Assembly: GCA_030390025.1 (NCBI GenBank)
Contig: CM059432.1
Location: forward strand, 125,552,001 to 125,616,000
Direction: 5' to 3'
DNA: 64,000 bases
Origin: Squalus acanthias
Taxonomy: Eukaryota
This document shows, piece by piece, positions 51,380-64,000 of this stretch. Both the position numbers and the translations under genes were made by a program. Every line of letters begins with the position of its first letter. Within the stretch, counting starts at the first letter, position 1. The notes under the pieces were generated by a model. The model was not told the origin of the DNA and did not search any database. It saw only the letters and a program-made list of their open reading frames with translations.

Positions 51380-54300
51380 CCGCCCACCCCACCCCCCGGG
51401 TTCCTGACCTTTCCCCCCCCAGTTCCTGACCCACTCTCTCCCCCCCCCCCAGTTCCTGACCCACTCTCCCCCCGCAGTTCCTGACCCACTCTCCCCCCGC
51501 AGTTCCTGACCCACTCTCCCCCCGCAGTTCCTGACCCACTCTCCCCCCCCCAGTTCCTGACCCACTCTACCCCCCCAGTTCCTGACCCACTCTCCCCCCC
51601 CGCAGTTCCTGACCAACTCTCCCCCCCGCAGTTCCTGACCCACTCCGCCCCCCCCCCAGTTCCTGACCCACTCCCCCCCACCCCCCAGTTCCTGACCCAC
51701 TCTCCCCCCCCCGCAGTTCCTGAACCACTCTCCCCCCCCCAGTTCCTGACCCACTCCGCCCCCCCCCCCAGTTCCTGACCCACTCCCCCCCACCCCCCAG
51801 TTCCTGACCCACTCTCCCCCCCCGCAGTTCCTGACCCACTCTCTCCCCCCCAGATCCTGACCCACTCTCCCCCCCCCAGTTCCTGACCCACTCCACCCCG
51901 CAGTTCCTGACCCACTCTCCCCCCCGCAGTTCCTGACCCACTCTCCCCCCCCCCCCAGATCCTGACCCACTCTCCCCCCCCCCAGTTCCTGACCCACTCT
52001 CCCCCCCGCAGTTCCTGACCCACTCTCTCCCCCCCCCAGTTCCTGACCCACTCCCCCCCCAGTTCCTGACCCACTCTCCCCCCCCCCCAGATCCTGACCC
52101 ACTCCCCCCCGCAGTTCCTGACCCACTCTCCCCCCCCGCAGTTCCTGACCCACTCTCCCCCCCCAGATCCTGACCCACTCTCCCCCCCCCCCCCAGTTCC
52201 TGACCCACTCTCCCCCCCGCAGTTCCTGACCCACTCTCCCCCCCGCAGTTCCTGACCCACTCTCCCCCCCCCCAGTTCCTGACCCACTCTCCCCCCCCCC
52301 CCCCCCAGATCCTGACCCACTCTCTCCCCCCCGCCCCAGTTCCTGACCCACTCCCCCCCCAGTTCCTGACCCAATCTCCCCCCCCCAGATCCTGACCCAC
52401 TCTCCCCCCCCCCCAGTTCCTGATCCTCTCCCCCCCCCAGTTCCTGACCATCTCCCCCCCCCCCCCAGTTCCTGACCCACTCCCCCCCCCAGTTCCTGAC
52501 CCTCTCCCCCCCAGTTCCTGACCCTCTCCCCCCCGAGTTCCTGACCCTCTCCCTCCCCCCCCAGTTCCTGACCCTCTCCCCCCCCAGTTCTTGACCCTCT
52601 CCCCCCCCAGTTCTTGACCCACTCCCCCCCACCCCCAGTTCCTGACCCACTCCCCCCCCCACCAGTTACTGACCCACCCCCCACCCAGTTCCTGACCCAC
52701 TCTCCCCCCCCCAGATCCTGACCCTCTGCCCCCCCCCCAGATCCTGACCCTCTACCCCCCCCCCAGTTCCTGACCCTCTACCCCCCGCAGATCCTGACCC
52801 ACTCCCCCCCCCCAGTTCCTGACCCACTCCCCCCACCCCCAGTTCCTGACCCACTCCCCCCCCAGTTCCTGACCCGCTCTCCCCCCCCCCCAGATCCTGA
52901 CCCACTCTCCCCCCCCCCCCCCAGTTCCTGACCCACTCTCCCCCCCGCAGTTCCTGACCCACTCCCCCCCGCAGTTCCTGACCCACTCTCCCCCCCGCAG
53001 TTCCTGACCCACTCTCTCCCCCCCCCAGTTCCTGACCCACTCCCCCCCCAGTTCCTGACCCACTCTCCCCCCCCCCCCAGATCCTGACCCACTCCCCCCC
53101 GCAGTTCCTGACCCACTCTCCCCCCCCGCAGTTCCTGACCCACTCTCCCCCCCCAGATCCTGACCCACTCTCCCCCCCCCCCAGTTCCTGACCCACTCTC
53201 CCCCCCGCAGTTCCTGACCCACTCCCCCCCGCAGTTCCTGACCCACTCTCCCCCCCCGCAGTTCCTGACCCACTCTCCCCCCCCCCAGTTCCTGACCCAC
53301 TCTCCCCCCCCCCCCAGATCCTGACCCACTCTCTCCCCCCCGCCCCAGTTCCTGACCCACTCCCCCCCCAGTTCCTGACCCAATCTCCCCCCCCCAGATC
53401 CTGACCCACTCTCCCCCCCCCCCCCAGTTCCTGACCCACTCCCCCCCCAGTTCCTGACCCACTCTCCCCCCCCCTACCCCCCGCAGTTCCTGACCCACTC
53501 TCCCCCCCAGTTCCTGACCCACTCTCCCCCCCCAGTTCCTGACCCACTCTCTCCCGCCCCCCGCAGTTCCTGACCCACTCTCCCCCCCCGCAGTTCCTGA
53601 CCCACTCCCCCCCAGTTCCTGACACCCCCCCGTTGCTGACCCACCCCCCCAGTTCCTGACCCCACTCCCCCCCAGTTCCTGACCCCACTCCCCCCCAGTT
53701 CCTGACCCCACTCCCCCCCAGTTCCTGACCCCACTCCCCCCCCCCCAGTTCCTGACCCTCTCCCCCCCCCCAGTTCCTGACCCACTCCCCCCCCAGTTCC
53801 TGACCCTCTCCCCCCCCCCCAGTTCCTGACCCTCTCCCCCCCCCCCCAGTTCCTGACCCTCTCCCCCCCCCAGTTCCTGACCATCTCTCCCCCCCCAGTT
53901 CCTGACCCACTCCCCCCCCCAGTTCCTGACCCTCTCCCCCCCAGTTCCTGACCCTCTCCCCCCCGAGTTCCTGACCCTCTCCCTCCCCCCCCAGTTCCTG
54001 ACCCTCTCCCCCCCCAGTTCTTGACCCTCTCCCCCCCCAGTTCTTGACCCACTCCCCCCCACCCCCAGTTCCTGACCCACTCCCCCCCCCACCAGTTACT
54101 GACCCACCCCCCACCCAGTTCCTGACCCACTCTCCCCCCCCCCAGATCCTGACCCTCTGCCCCCCCCCCAGATCCTGACCCTCTAACCCCCCCCAGTTCC
54201 TGACCCTCTACCCCCCGCAGATCCTGACCCACTCCCCCCCCCCAGTTCCTGACCCACTCCCCCCACCCCCAGTTCCTGACCCACTCCCCCCCCCAGTTCG

Positions 54301-57075
54301 ACCCGCTCTCCCCCCCCCCGCAGTTCCTGACCTTCTCCCCCCCCAGTTCCTGACCTTCTCCCCCCACCAGTTCCTGACCTTCTCCCCCCCCAGTTCCTGA
54401 CCTTCTCCCCCCCCCAGTTCCTGACCCTCGCCCCCCCCCCCCAGTTCCTGACCTTCGCCCCCCCCGTTCCTGACCTTCTCCCCTCTCCCTCCCCCCAGTT
54501 CCTGACCCTCTGCCCCCCCAGTTCCTGACCCTCTACCCCCCCCAATTCCTGACCCTCTACACCCCCCAGTTCCTGACCCTCTACCCCCCCAATTCCTGAC
54601 CCTCTACACCCCCCAGTTCCTGACCCTCTACCCCCCCCCAGTTCCTGACCCTCTACCCCCCCCCAGTTCCTGACCCTCTACCACCCCCCAGTTCCTGACC
54701 CTCTTCCCCCCCCAGTTCCTGACCCTCTACCCCCCCCAGTTCCTGACCCTCTACCCCCCAGTTCCTGACCCTCTACCCCCCCCCCCAGTTCCTGACCTTC
54801 TACCCCCGTTCCTGACCTTCTCCCCCCCCCCAGTTCCTGACCCTCTCCCCCCCCCAGTTCCTGACCCTCTGCCCCCCCCCCCAGTTCCTGACCCTCTACC
54901 CCCCCCAGTTCCAGAGCCTCTACCCCCCCCAGATCCTGACCCACTCCCCCCCCCAGATCCTGACCCACTCCCCCCCCCCCAGATCCTGACCCACTCCCCC
55001 CCCCCAGTTCCTGACCCTCTCCCCTCCCCCCAGTTCCTGACCCTCTTTCCCCCCCCCAGTTCCTGACCTTCTCCCCCCCCCAGTTCCTGACCTTCTCCCC
55101 CCACCAGTTCCTGACCTTCTCCCCCCCCAGTTCCTGACCCTCGCCCCCCCCAGTTCCTGACCTTCTCCCCCCCAGTTCCTGACCTTCTCCCCCCCAGTTC
55201 CTGACCTTCTCCCCCCCCAGTTCCTGACCTTCTCCCCCCCCAGTTCCTGACCTTCTCCCCCCCCAGTTCCTGACCCTCGCCCCCCCCCCAGTTCCTGACC
55301 TTCTCCCCCACCGTTCCTGACCCTCTCCCCCCCCCAGTTCCTGACCCTCTGCCCCCCCCCAGTTCCTGACCCTCTACCCCCCCCCAGTTCCTGACCCTCT
55401 CTCCCCCCCCCCCAGTTCCTGACCCTCTCTCCCCCCCCCCCAGTTCCTGACCCTTGCCCCCCCCCAGTTCCTGACCTTCTCCCCCCCCCAGTTCCTGACC
55501 CTCTCCCCCCCAGTTCCTGACCCTCTCCCCCCCCAGTTCCTGACCCTCTGCCCTCCCCAAGTTCCTGACCCTCTACCCCCCCAGTTCCTGACCCACTCTC
55601 CCCCCCCAGATCCTGACCCACTCCCCCTCCCCAGTTCCTGACCCTCTCCCCCCCCCCCAGTTCCTGACCCGCTCTCCCCCCCCCCAGTTCCTGACCCGCT
55701 CTCCCCCCCCCCAGTTCCTGACCCTCTCTCCCCCCCCCCAGTTCCTGACCCTTCTCCCCCCCCCCAGTTCCTGACCTTCTCCCCCCCCAGTTCCTGACCT
55801 TCTCCCCCCCAGTTCCTGACCTTCTCCCCCCCCCAGTTCCTGACCTTCTCCCCCCCAGTTCCTGACCTTCTCCCCCCCCCCAGTTCCTGACCCTCTACCC
55901 CCATCCCCAGTTCCTGACCCTCTACCCCCCCAGTTCCTGACCCTCTACCCCCCCCAGTTCCTGACCCTCTACCCCCCCAGTTCCTGACCCCCTACCCCCC
56001 CCCAGTTCCTGACCCTCTACCCCCCCCAGTTCCTGACCCTCTACCCCCCCCAGTTCCTGACACTCTACCCCCCCCAGTTCCTGACACTCTACCCCCCCCA
56101 GTTCCTGACCCTCTACCCCCCCCAGTTCCTGACCCTCTACCCCCCCAGTTCCTGACCTTCTCCCCCCCCGTTCCTGACCCTTCTCCCCCCCCAGTTCCTG
56201 ACCCTCTCCCCCCCCCCCAGTTCCTGACCCTCTACCCCACCCCCCCAGTTCCTGACCCTCTACCCCCATCCCCAGTTCCTGACCCTCTACCCCCCCCAGT
56301 TCCTGACCCTCTACCCCCCCCCAGTTCCTGACCCTCTGCCCCCCCCAGTTCCTGACCCTCTACCCCCCCCAGTTCCTGACCCTCTACCCCCCCCAGTTCC
56401 TGACCCTCTACCCCCCCCAGTTCCTGACCCTCTACCCCCCCCAGTTCCTGACCCTCTACCCCCCCCAGTTCCTGACCCTCTACCCCCCCCAGTTCCTGAC
56501 CCTCTACCCCCCCCAGTTCCTGACCCTCTACCCCCCCCAGTTCCTGACCCTCTACCACCCCCAGTTCCTGACCCTCTACCCCCCCCCAGTTCCTGACCCT
56601 CTACCCCCCCAGTTCCTGACCCTCTACCCCCCCAGTTCCTGACCCCCCCCAGTTCCTGACCCCCCCCAGTTCCTGACCCCCCCCCAGTTCCTGACCCCCC
56701 CAGTTCCTGACCCTCTACCCCCCCCAGTTCCTGACCCTCTACCCCCCCCAGTTCCTGACCCTCTACCACCCCCAGTTCCTGACCCTCTACCCCCCCGTTC
56801 CTGACCCTCTACCCCCCCAGTTCCTGACCCTCTACCCCCCCCAGTTCCTGACCCTCTACCCCCCCCCAGTTCCTGACCCTCTACCCCCCCCCCAGTTCCT
56901 GACCCCCTACCCCCCCCCAGTTCCTGACCCCCCCCAGTTCCTGACCCCCCCCCCAGTTCCTGACCCCCCCCCAGTTCCTGACCCCCCCCCAGTTCCTGAC
57001 CCTCCCCCCCCCCCAGTTCCTGACCTTTACCCCCACGAGTTCCTGCACTCTCCCTGTTCCGATCTCCTGACCTTC
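51380..57075. repeat. 5.7-kb minisatellite, unit ~18-30 bp CAG(T/A)TCCTGACC(CACTCT/CTCTA/TTCT)C(n)
   Basis: Directly visible tandem array with extreme C(+)/G(-) skew. Confidence 0.98.
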
Positions 57076-57444
57076 TCCAGGCAAAAAACGACTGACAACA
57101 GGGAGAAAATGTGGTTCAGGCAGCCGAACGCATGCTTGGGTAAGGTGCGGGCGGGGCTCCGGTGGGTGGGGGGCAGGATGGTGTTTAGGTTCGGCCCAGA
57201 GAGTTCGGTTCAGCTCGTCTTCGCCTCCATACAGGTGCGCACGCGCAAAACGACTGAAACTTCGTGTCAGCAATCACTCCCGAAACATTGCAATCGAATC
57301 CCGATCATGTCGTCAGGACCCAACATGCATATGTCAAAAGGACCCCTGGGCGCTGTCCTTGTTGCATGCGGTGAAAATCCCAGCAGGTTAGCGCTCAGCG
57401 GCTCCAGCTCAGTTACCCGCACTGGGGGATTTTAATTGCCCACC

Positions 57445-58120
57445 CCCTGGATGTCTGACAAGCAGTCTGACAACACAAAATTGGTTGAGCTGTCAGTAGA
57501 GCTGATAGAGAGGTAGAGCTGGGTGTCGTTAGTGCAGATGTGGAAGTGAACCCTGTGTCTGCTAATGATGGTGCCAAGGGGCAGCCTGTAGCTGAGGAAG
57601 AGGAGAGGGCCAAGGATCAATCCTTGGGGAACTCCGGAGGTCACAGAGCAAGGTGGGAGGAGAAAGTTTTGCTGGAGATCAGGTAGGCAAGAATGGAATC
57701 AAGCGAGGGCTATCCCACTAAGCTGAACAACAGAGGACAGGAGTTGAAGGAAGAGAGTGTGGTCCACCATGTCAAAGGCTGAAAAGACATCAAGGAGGGA
57801 TAATGCACCACCATCAGTGTCACAATGTCATTTGTGACTTTTGTTAGGGCCGTTTTTTTGCTGTGGCAGGGACGGAAACCTGATTGAAGAGATTCAAACA
57901 TGGATTGCATGAAAAATGGGCACAGATTTGGAAGGCAATAACATGTTCAAGGACTGGAGAGGAAAGGGAGGTTGAGATGGGGCGGTAGTATGGAAGGACA
58001 GGGAATGAGGGTGGGTGACAGCGGTTTTGAAAAGGGGAGCACAGTATCTGAGGAGATGGAACCATTTACAATGTCAGCTAGCATGGGGCCCAGGAGGGGA
58101 AGTTGGGTAGTCAGCTTCCA
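57445..58120 (-). mobile_element. Decayed L2 RT fragment
   Basis: [26 protein letters not shown]. Confidence 0.8.
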
Positions 58121-59048
58121 ACTTCCAACTTCAGATGTACCTTTGATGTGAAACAAACAAGTCAGAAACCACAAATGAAAAGCAAAAACTGGAAAAAGAT
58201 TGAAATCTGAAACAAAAACAGAAAATGCTGGAAACACACCGCATCTGCCAAGAGAACGTTGGAACTTACTGCATCTTTCAGAGCTTTGCAGATGCATGCT
58301 CTCAGTGCTGGTTCTTACTACGCTGCCAGACATACTACGCAGTGCAGCAGGAGCAGGAAATAGTCAAGATGCAGCATCCTTTTAACAGCCTACCTGAAAA
58401 TCTAAGTCTCAAAGATCCAAAAGCAATTCTTCCTAGAATAATATCTGCTGTTATATCAACAGTATTGTGCCTGTGTCAGTGCCATGAAACAAAGATAGAG
58501 ATTTTTTAGTTCCACAGTCTTCTGTGAATAGCTTCTCAGTTTAGTTATTCATCAAAAGAGAAACAGAAATTTAAAAAAGCTAATGAAATTAAGAGGCAAG
58601 CGCATCATATATTGGGATAGATGTCAGATTTGACTCCCACATTGATGCCTGGTGTTGCAGTAAAAGCAGTTTGGAACCGTCTCTCTGTATTCCCTCCAAG
58701 AACCATGATTTTCTTGCTGAATTCAGGGCCATGAGAATCATTAAAGAGCTTCCTCCCATATCTTATGGAAAAACTCCTGGGAATGAAATGGATAAAAATT
58801 TGCAGGATTGCTTCATGAGGAGAGGTAATTGAAACTGATCTCTGCAATCTCTGTTCCTGCAAGAAAATTGTCATTTCCGGATGGAGTATGTTGCAAATAT
58901 GTCCATTTCCCGATAACCATGATTGGAGTAGAAAATCAGTAACTTCCAAATACAGTGACCATTCATGGGGTTATACAGCAGTGTGACTTAATGAGCCAGC
59001 TATCACTTTACTCACTCTAGTCAGGTATTGAATAAAGAGCTTTACTAT

Positions 59049-59778
59049 GGGGATGAAATTGGGTATCGCCCTGTTTGGGGCGCTAATGTTTCTAAACTTT
59101 TCAAAAATTCAGTTTTGTGCTCCAGGAAGGAAGTGGAGGGCTAAATCAAGCGCTCCACTTCCTTCTTGGAGCGCAATCGGCAGCAGGCGGGGCGGAGACT
59201 TCAGCAGCGCTGCACACTGGGCCGTGCAGCGCTGCCGCGTTCAAAGGCTCCTTCCCTCCCTTAAAGGGAAGGGCCATCGCTGCAGGATCTGCAATATAAA
59301 AATTACCTACCTGGATCACCAAGGCTGCCGCTATCCCGCGCGATCAGCCCGGCACTCAAGCAGAGTGCCGGGCTGATCGATCACGGCCAGGACAGGAACC
59401 CACGAAAAAAACTTCAACAGGAAAGGTAAGTTTTTTTTTTCACTTACCTCGGCCACCTCGCCTTTAATCATCACCCCCGAAGCGGCTGGCCGCCCGATGC
59501 ACACCTCCTGCAGCTGTCGGTGTTGTCAACCGGCGCTGCTGCAGGGGGTGAAAGTCAATTTCGGATCCAGGGCACTACCGGGGCGATGCGCACGACGATG
59601 ACGTCACGATCTCCAGGCACAGGAAATTGGGGCGCAACGCCATAGCGCCGCCACAAAGCTCCCCCCGAATATGGCGGGAGTTGATGTCAGTGCCGTGCCC
59701 GGTCGCAAAGCCATTTGCGCCCCGTTAGCACCCCCAGGGACGCTAACGAGATGTGCAAAGACCCCCAATTTCTCACCC
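59049..59778. mobile_element. Harbinger-like MITE, 730 bp
   Basis: TIRs GGGGATGAAATTGGG / CCCAATTTCTCACCC (12/15); 3-bp TSD TAT 59046-59048 / 59779-59781; CpG-rich interior. Confidence 0.75.
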
Positions 59779-61239
59779 TATGTGTTTTAGCACTAGCACC
59801 CAATCTGAACAACATTATTACAGATAACATGAGAAAAAAAATTCTCAGATGCACAGATTGGTTGCCGATTATGTTCTGAATGTGCTTCAGAACTAGATAT
59901 ACTAATCTCAATTCTAGGCTGTTCATATGCCATTGGGGCTCTTGCTTAGTCTAAAGGCTTTGGACCCAATTTGTCTGCAACTGAGCCCGCAGCCCCAACT
60001 CCTCCCCGCCCCCACCCCCACCCCAACCCCAAAAAAGCTGCTGGAGAAGAATTCATCACCAATGTGCAGAGTGGTGCTGAAGGTTTTGTAACTTTCATCC
60101 TGGGGCCTTATGTTCTTGAGCCTACCAGAAAGTCCAAAAGGTCTAGTCTATTTTTACTGTGATTTTGAAAGAAGCTGAAAATATGATTGAGAGAAGTTTG
60201 AGTTGAAGTGGCCGAATACACAATCACAGGCCGCAGTCATGGCTGCAGCCGTGAGTCACAGAACACAGAAAAAAATGTTCAACAGTAAGTTAGCAATTTA
60301 GCGTTCTTTTGCAATGTTGGAAATTGGCCTGGGATAAGATACAAACCTTTGGCCTGTCTGAAATGAATCACCTTGAACCTGAGATCCTTCGGAGTTTCCA
60401 TTTATAACATCTCGATATTAAGTAGAAACCTTAGCTCCAGAAATGTAGCAAGCAGGTAGTGGACAGTGATGCCTGGGAACCTTGGGAAGAGGAGCTGCTG
60501 TGATACTTGGCTAAGGATAGGCAGATGTGCAGATGCTAAAGTTTTAAAAATGCAGCAAAGGAACTTCACAAGAATTTAGAGTGCTAATGTTAGTTTGAAC
60601 GGATTACCTTACATTGGTAACTTTTCCCTTGAAAGTGAATTTCCTTTGTTGTGTAGACACACTTGCTTTCAGATAAGCACAATCAGGGTCTTCTGCAGTT
60701 GACCAATCGCTTGGGGAGACTGTCTGAATTATTTGAGGTAGTGTTGCCTTTTAAGTTTGTAATCTTATCCTTCCCCTTCACCCTTGAAATTCTTTCAATT
60801 TATTTTATAGAAGTTAAAATTAACCAGAATTCAAGATTTTCAGGGACTCCTCTAGAAATGCACCATCAATTTTATGCCTTTGACATTTGGATTTCCCCTT
60901 CAGGTTTTCATGTACCTTTCCCCCCCCGCCGCCCATGATACAAGAGAAGGAATGTTGTGTATACTTTCCACTTAAGTTATAAAGCTCATGTTAATATTTG
61001 CTTTCACGTCAGGGCCATTCTTAAGGTGTCAGCTTTTGCTAACTTTCTAAGTTGGCATGTATGCATCTGTAGGGTTTATGCAGTTCCGTTCATTCAGTGA
61101 CCTTTGTGTCACATTTATCTAAGGTGATGAGAGGGTCAAGATATTAAAAGTCAGTTCATCCTTCAAGATTAACTTGAAATATATGTTGAAGTGATGAGAT
61201 CGACATGTCTTGTTTTGTCATCAGTGATTCCATTCAATG

Positions 61240-62760
61240 ACAAAAATTTGCATTTATCTAGCGCCTTTAACGTAGAAAAATGTCACAAAGCGTTTAACAA
61301 AGGCGTAATCGGAAATAAATGGATGGCAACAACAACAACTTGCATTTATATAGCGCCTTTAACATAGTAAAACGTCCCAAAGTGCTTCACGAGCGTTATT
61401 AAAGAAAATTTGGCACTGAGCCACATAAGGAGACATTAGGACAGATGACCAAAAGAGGCAAGTTTTAAGGAGTGTCTTAAAGGAGGATAGAGAGGTGGAG
61501 AGGTTTAGGGAGGGAATTCCAGAGCTTAGGGTCTAGGCAGCTGGAGGAGGTTACAGCGATAGGGAGGGGCGAGGCCATGGAGGGATTTGAAAACAAGGAT
61601 GAGAATTTTAAACTCGAGGCGTTGCCGGACCGGGAGCCAATGTAGGTCAGTGATGGGTGATGGGTGAACGGGACTTGGTGCGAGTTAGGATATAGGCAGC
61701 AGAGTTTTGGATATGCTTAAGTTTATGTCGGGTGGAATGTGGGAGGCCGGCCAGGAAAGCATTGGAATAGTGAAGTCTAAAGGTAAAAAAAGCATGGATG
61801 AGGGTTTCAGCAGCAGATGAGCTGAGGCAGGGGCGGAGTCGGACAATATTACAGAGGTGGAAGTAGGCGGTCTTGGTGATGGAGTGGATATGTAGTCAAA
61901 AGCACATTTTGGGGTCAAATACAACAAGGTTGCGAATGGTCTGAGTCAGCCTCAAACAGTTGCCAGGGAGAGGGATGGAGTCAGTGGCTAGGGAACAGAG
62001 TTTGTGGCAGGGACCGAAGACAATGGCTTCAGTCTTCCCAATATTTAGTTGGAGGGAATTTCTGCTCATCCAGTACTGGATGTCGGACAAGCAGCGTGGG
62101 AAATTGGATACAGTAGAGGGGTCGGGAGAGGTGGTGGTGAGGTAGAGCTGGGTGTCACCAGCGTACATGTGGAACCTGATGTTGTGTTTTCGGATGATGT
62201 CGCCAAGGGGCAGCATGTAGATGAGAAATAGTGGGGGGGGGCAAGGATAGAAACCTGGGAGACTCCAGGGTATGGGTGTGGGAGCAGGAAGTGAAGCCAT
62301 TGCAGGTGACTCTCTGGCTACAATTGGATAGCCAAGCCAAAGAAAGAGATATTAACAGGGTGATCAAAAGCTTGGTCAAAGAGGTAGGTTTTAAGGAGGA
62401 GGGGTACAGAGGTGGAAGGGCTTAGACAGGGAATTCCAGAGCAAGGCTGCTGAAAACATGGCTGCCAAAGGTGGGGCAAAGGGACCAGATGCACAGACCA
62501 GAGTTGAAGGAACAGAGAATTTGGTGAAGTTATAAGGCCAGAGGAAATTACAGAGGGGCCAGGCTATGAAGTTATTTAAACACAAGGATGAGAATTTTAA
62601 ACTGGAGGCATTGGAGATTTGGGAGCCAATGTAGATCAGCAGGACAGCTGAGCGGGATTTCGTGAAGGAGAGGATACGGGCAGCAGAGTTTTGGATGAGC
62701 TAAAGTTTACAGAGGGTGGAGGATGGGAGGCCCACCAGGAGAGCATTAGAATAGTCAAAG
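61240..62760 (-). mobile_element. Stacked L2 copies (younger 61328-62330 within an older one)
   Basis: Two L2 tails AAAGGCGCTA(G/T)ATAAATGCAA; HMYAGDTQLY, LQLNIGKTE. Confidence 0.85.
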
Positions 62761-63142
62761 GCAAAATACTGCGGATGCTGGAAATCTGAAATAAACAGAA
62801 AATGCTGGAAATACTCAGCAAGCCAGGCAGGTGGAGAGAAACAGAGTTAACGTTTCAGGTCGGTCACCGATTATAATAGTAAAGTTTGGAGCTAACAAAG
62901 GCGTCGATGTCAGTCCAAATTTCTTGGAATGATTCAGCTTGTTCAATAGATCGGGAGACTGAGCTTTAGATTCTTTTGTCACAGATCAATATCATCTGCA
63001 AATCTCATTTGTCGTTGGCCATCCATGAATAGCTACACCACCTTTGTAATTGTCAATTGCTTTCTCTATAAGGTATTCAAACAGGTTCAACAGGTTAAAG
63101 TGAAAGCAAGCATTCCTGTCTCTCTGAATCATCTGTTCTGTA

Positions 63143-64000
63143 ATACAAAAGCAAAATGCTGTGAATGCTGGAAATCGGAAATAAAACCAGAAAATGCTGG
63201 AAAGCACTTAGGCAGCATCTGCGGAGAGAGAAACAGTTTCAGGTCGATGGAGGACGTTAGAGATGAACCGTGTTTAAGCAAGTACAGAACCAGGGAAAAG
63301 GTGGGGGTGAATGAACAAAAGGAAAGGTTTGTGATAGGGTGGTGGGCAGGAGTAATTAAATGACAAAAGAGATTATGGTGCAAGGTAAAAGGAGGTGGTA
63401 ATGGGACAAATAATGAAACAAAAGATGGGTCCAGGAGGAACTATACGATAGCAAAATACTGCGGATGCTGGAAATCCGAAATAACAACAGAAAACGCTGG
63501 AAAAACTCAGCAGGCCAGGCAGCATCCGTGGAGAGAGAAAGAGAGTTAACATTTCAGGTCGCTGACCTTTCATCAGAACTGGGAAGAGCCGGAAATCAAA
63601 TAGATTTAAGGCCAGGGTAAAGCTGGGAAAAGGGGGAGGGGATAAAGGAACAAAGGGGGAGATGAAGAGACATTAAGAGACATTAAGAGATATGCAAGGC
63701 TAGAGGTGGTGTTAATGTGACAGATTAAGGCTGAATGAAGTGTGAAATCCACTGGCAGAATGAAGGACAGCTGCCAGCTTCTAGGAGGAAAAAAAAGGTG
63801 GGGGGGACAAATAAAAGGGTGGAAAAAATAAAATATAAATGTGATTGGAGCTGAGGTTATGATCTAAAATTGTTGAACTCGATATTGAGTCCAGAGGGCT
63901 GTAGCGTGCCTAAACGAAAGATGAGGTGCTGTTCCTCGGGCTTACGCTGCGCTTCCGTGGAACAGTGTAATAGGCCGAGGACGGTGAGGTCAGAGTGGGA
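63143..64000 (-). mobile_element. Penelope family A: older 3' end (63143-63443) abutted by a young copy (63444 to window end, GIY-YIG C-terminus + pLTR)
   Basis: Near-identical to 2266-2720 and 10590-10782. Confidence 0.88.
63544..63580 (-). ncRNA. Hammerhead ribozyme family A (variant GAAA-TGTT)
   Basis: AGTT-CTGATGA-A-AGGTC-agc-GACCT-GAAA-TGTT-AACT. Confidence 0.7.

Noticed and set aside
51380..57075. CRISPR-like array (constant core with variable spacers)
   Set aside because: Spacers are short C runs rather than unique sequences; eukaryotic context; no cas genes.
51327..57273. Long Gly-rich ORFs (up to 482 aa) on the minus strand
   Set aside because: Open in all three frames because the repeat unit lacks stops; variable G-run lengths shift frame constantly; starts are not supported.
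58605..58949. 114-aa minus-strand ORF in apparently unique sequence
   Set aside because: Non-ATG start and no recognisable domain or exon context.

Overview
Vertebrate genomic DNA, most likely a cartilaginous fish (inferred from DeuSINE/SacSINE1-like SINEs and the CR1/L2/Penelope content). The only host gene is a complete, intact 15-exon PABPC1 on the minus strand (~46600 to ~24140; 14 coding exons, 1896 nt, 631 aa; all introns GT-AG). It has a CpG-island/TATA promoter, an A-rich autoregulatory 5'UTR element and a 3'UTR with AATAAA. The rest is mostly nested retroelements (CR1, L2, Penelope-like elements carrying minimal hammerhead ribozymes, SINEs), DNA MITEs and a 5.7-kb C/G-skewed minisatellite. 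Most striking: (1) a ~3.2-kb single-ORF APE-RT LINE that starts with a tRNA-derived Pol III head and has no TTTT on its sense strand, plus a SINE equal to its 5'UTR + 3' tail, suggesting a Pol III-transcribed LINE/SINE pair; (2) a perfect 248-bp spacerless palindrome holding two opposed hammerhead ribozymes in PABPC1 intron 1; (3) two families of dimer-type hammerheads with mutually incompatible palindromes. Repeat boundaries are by eye and approximate unless a TSD is given.
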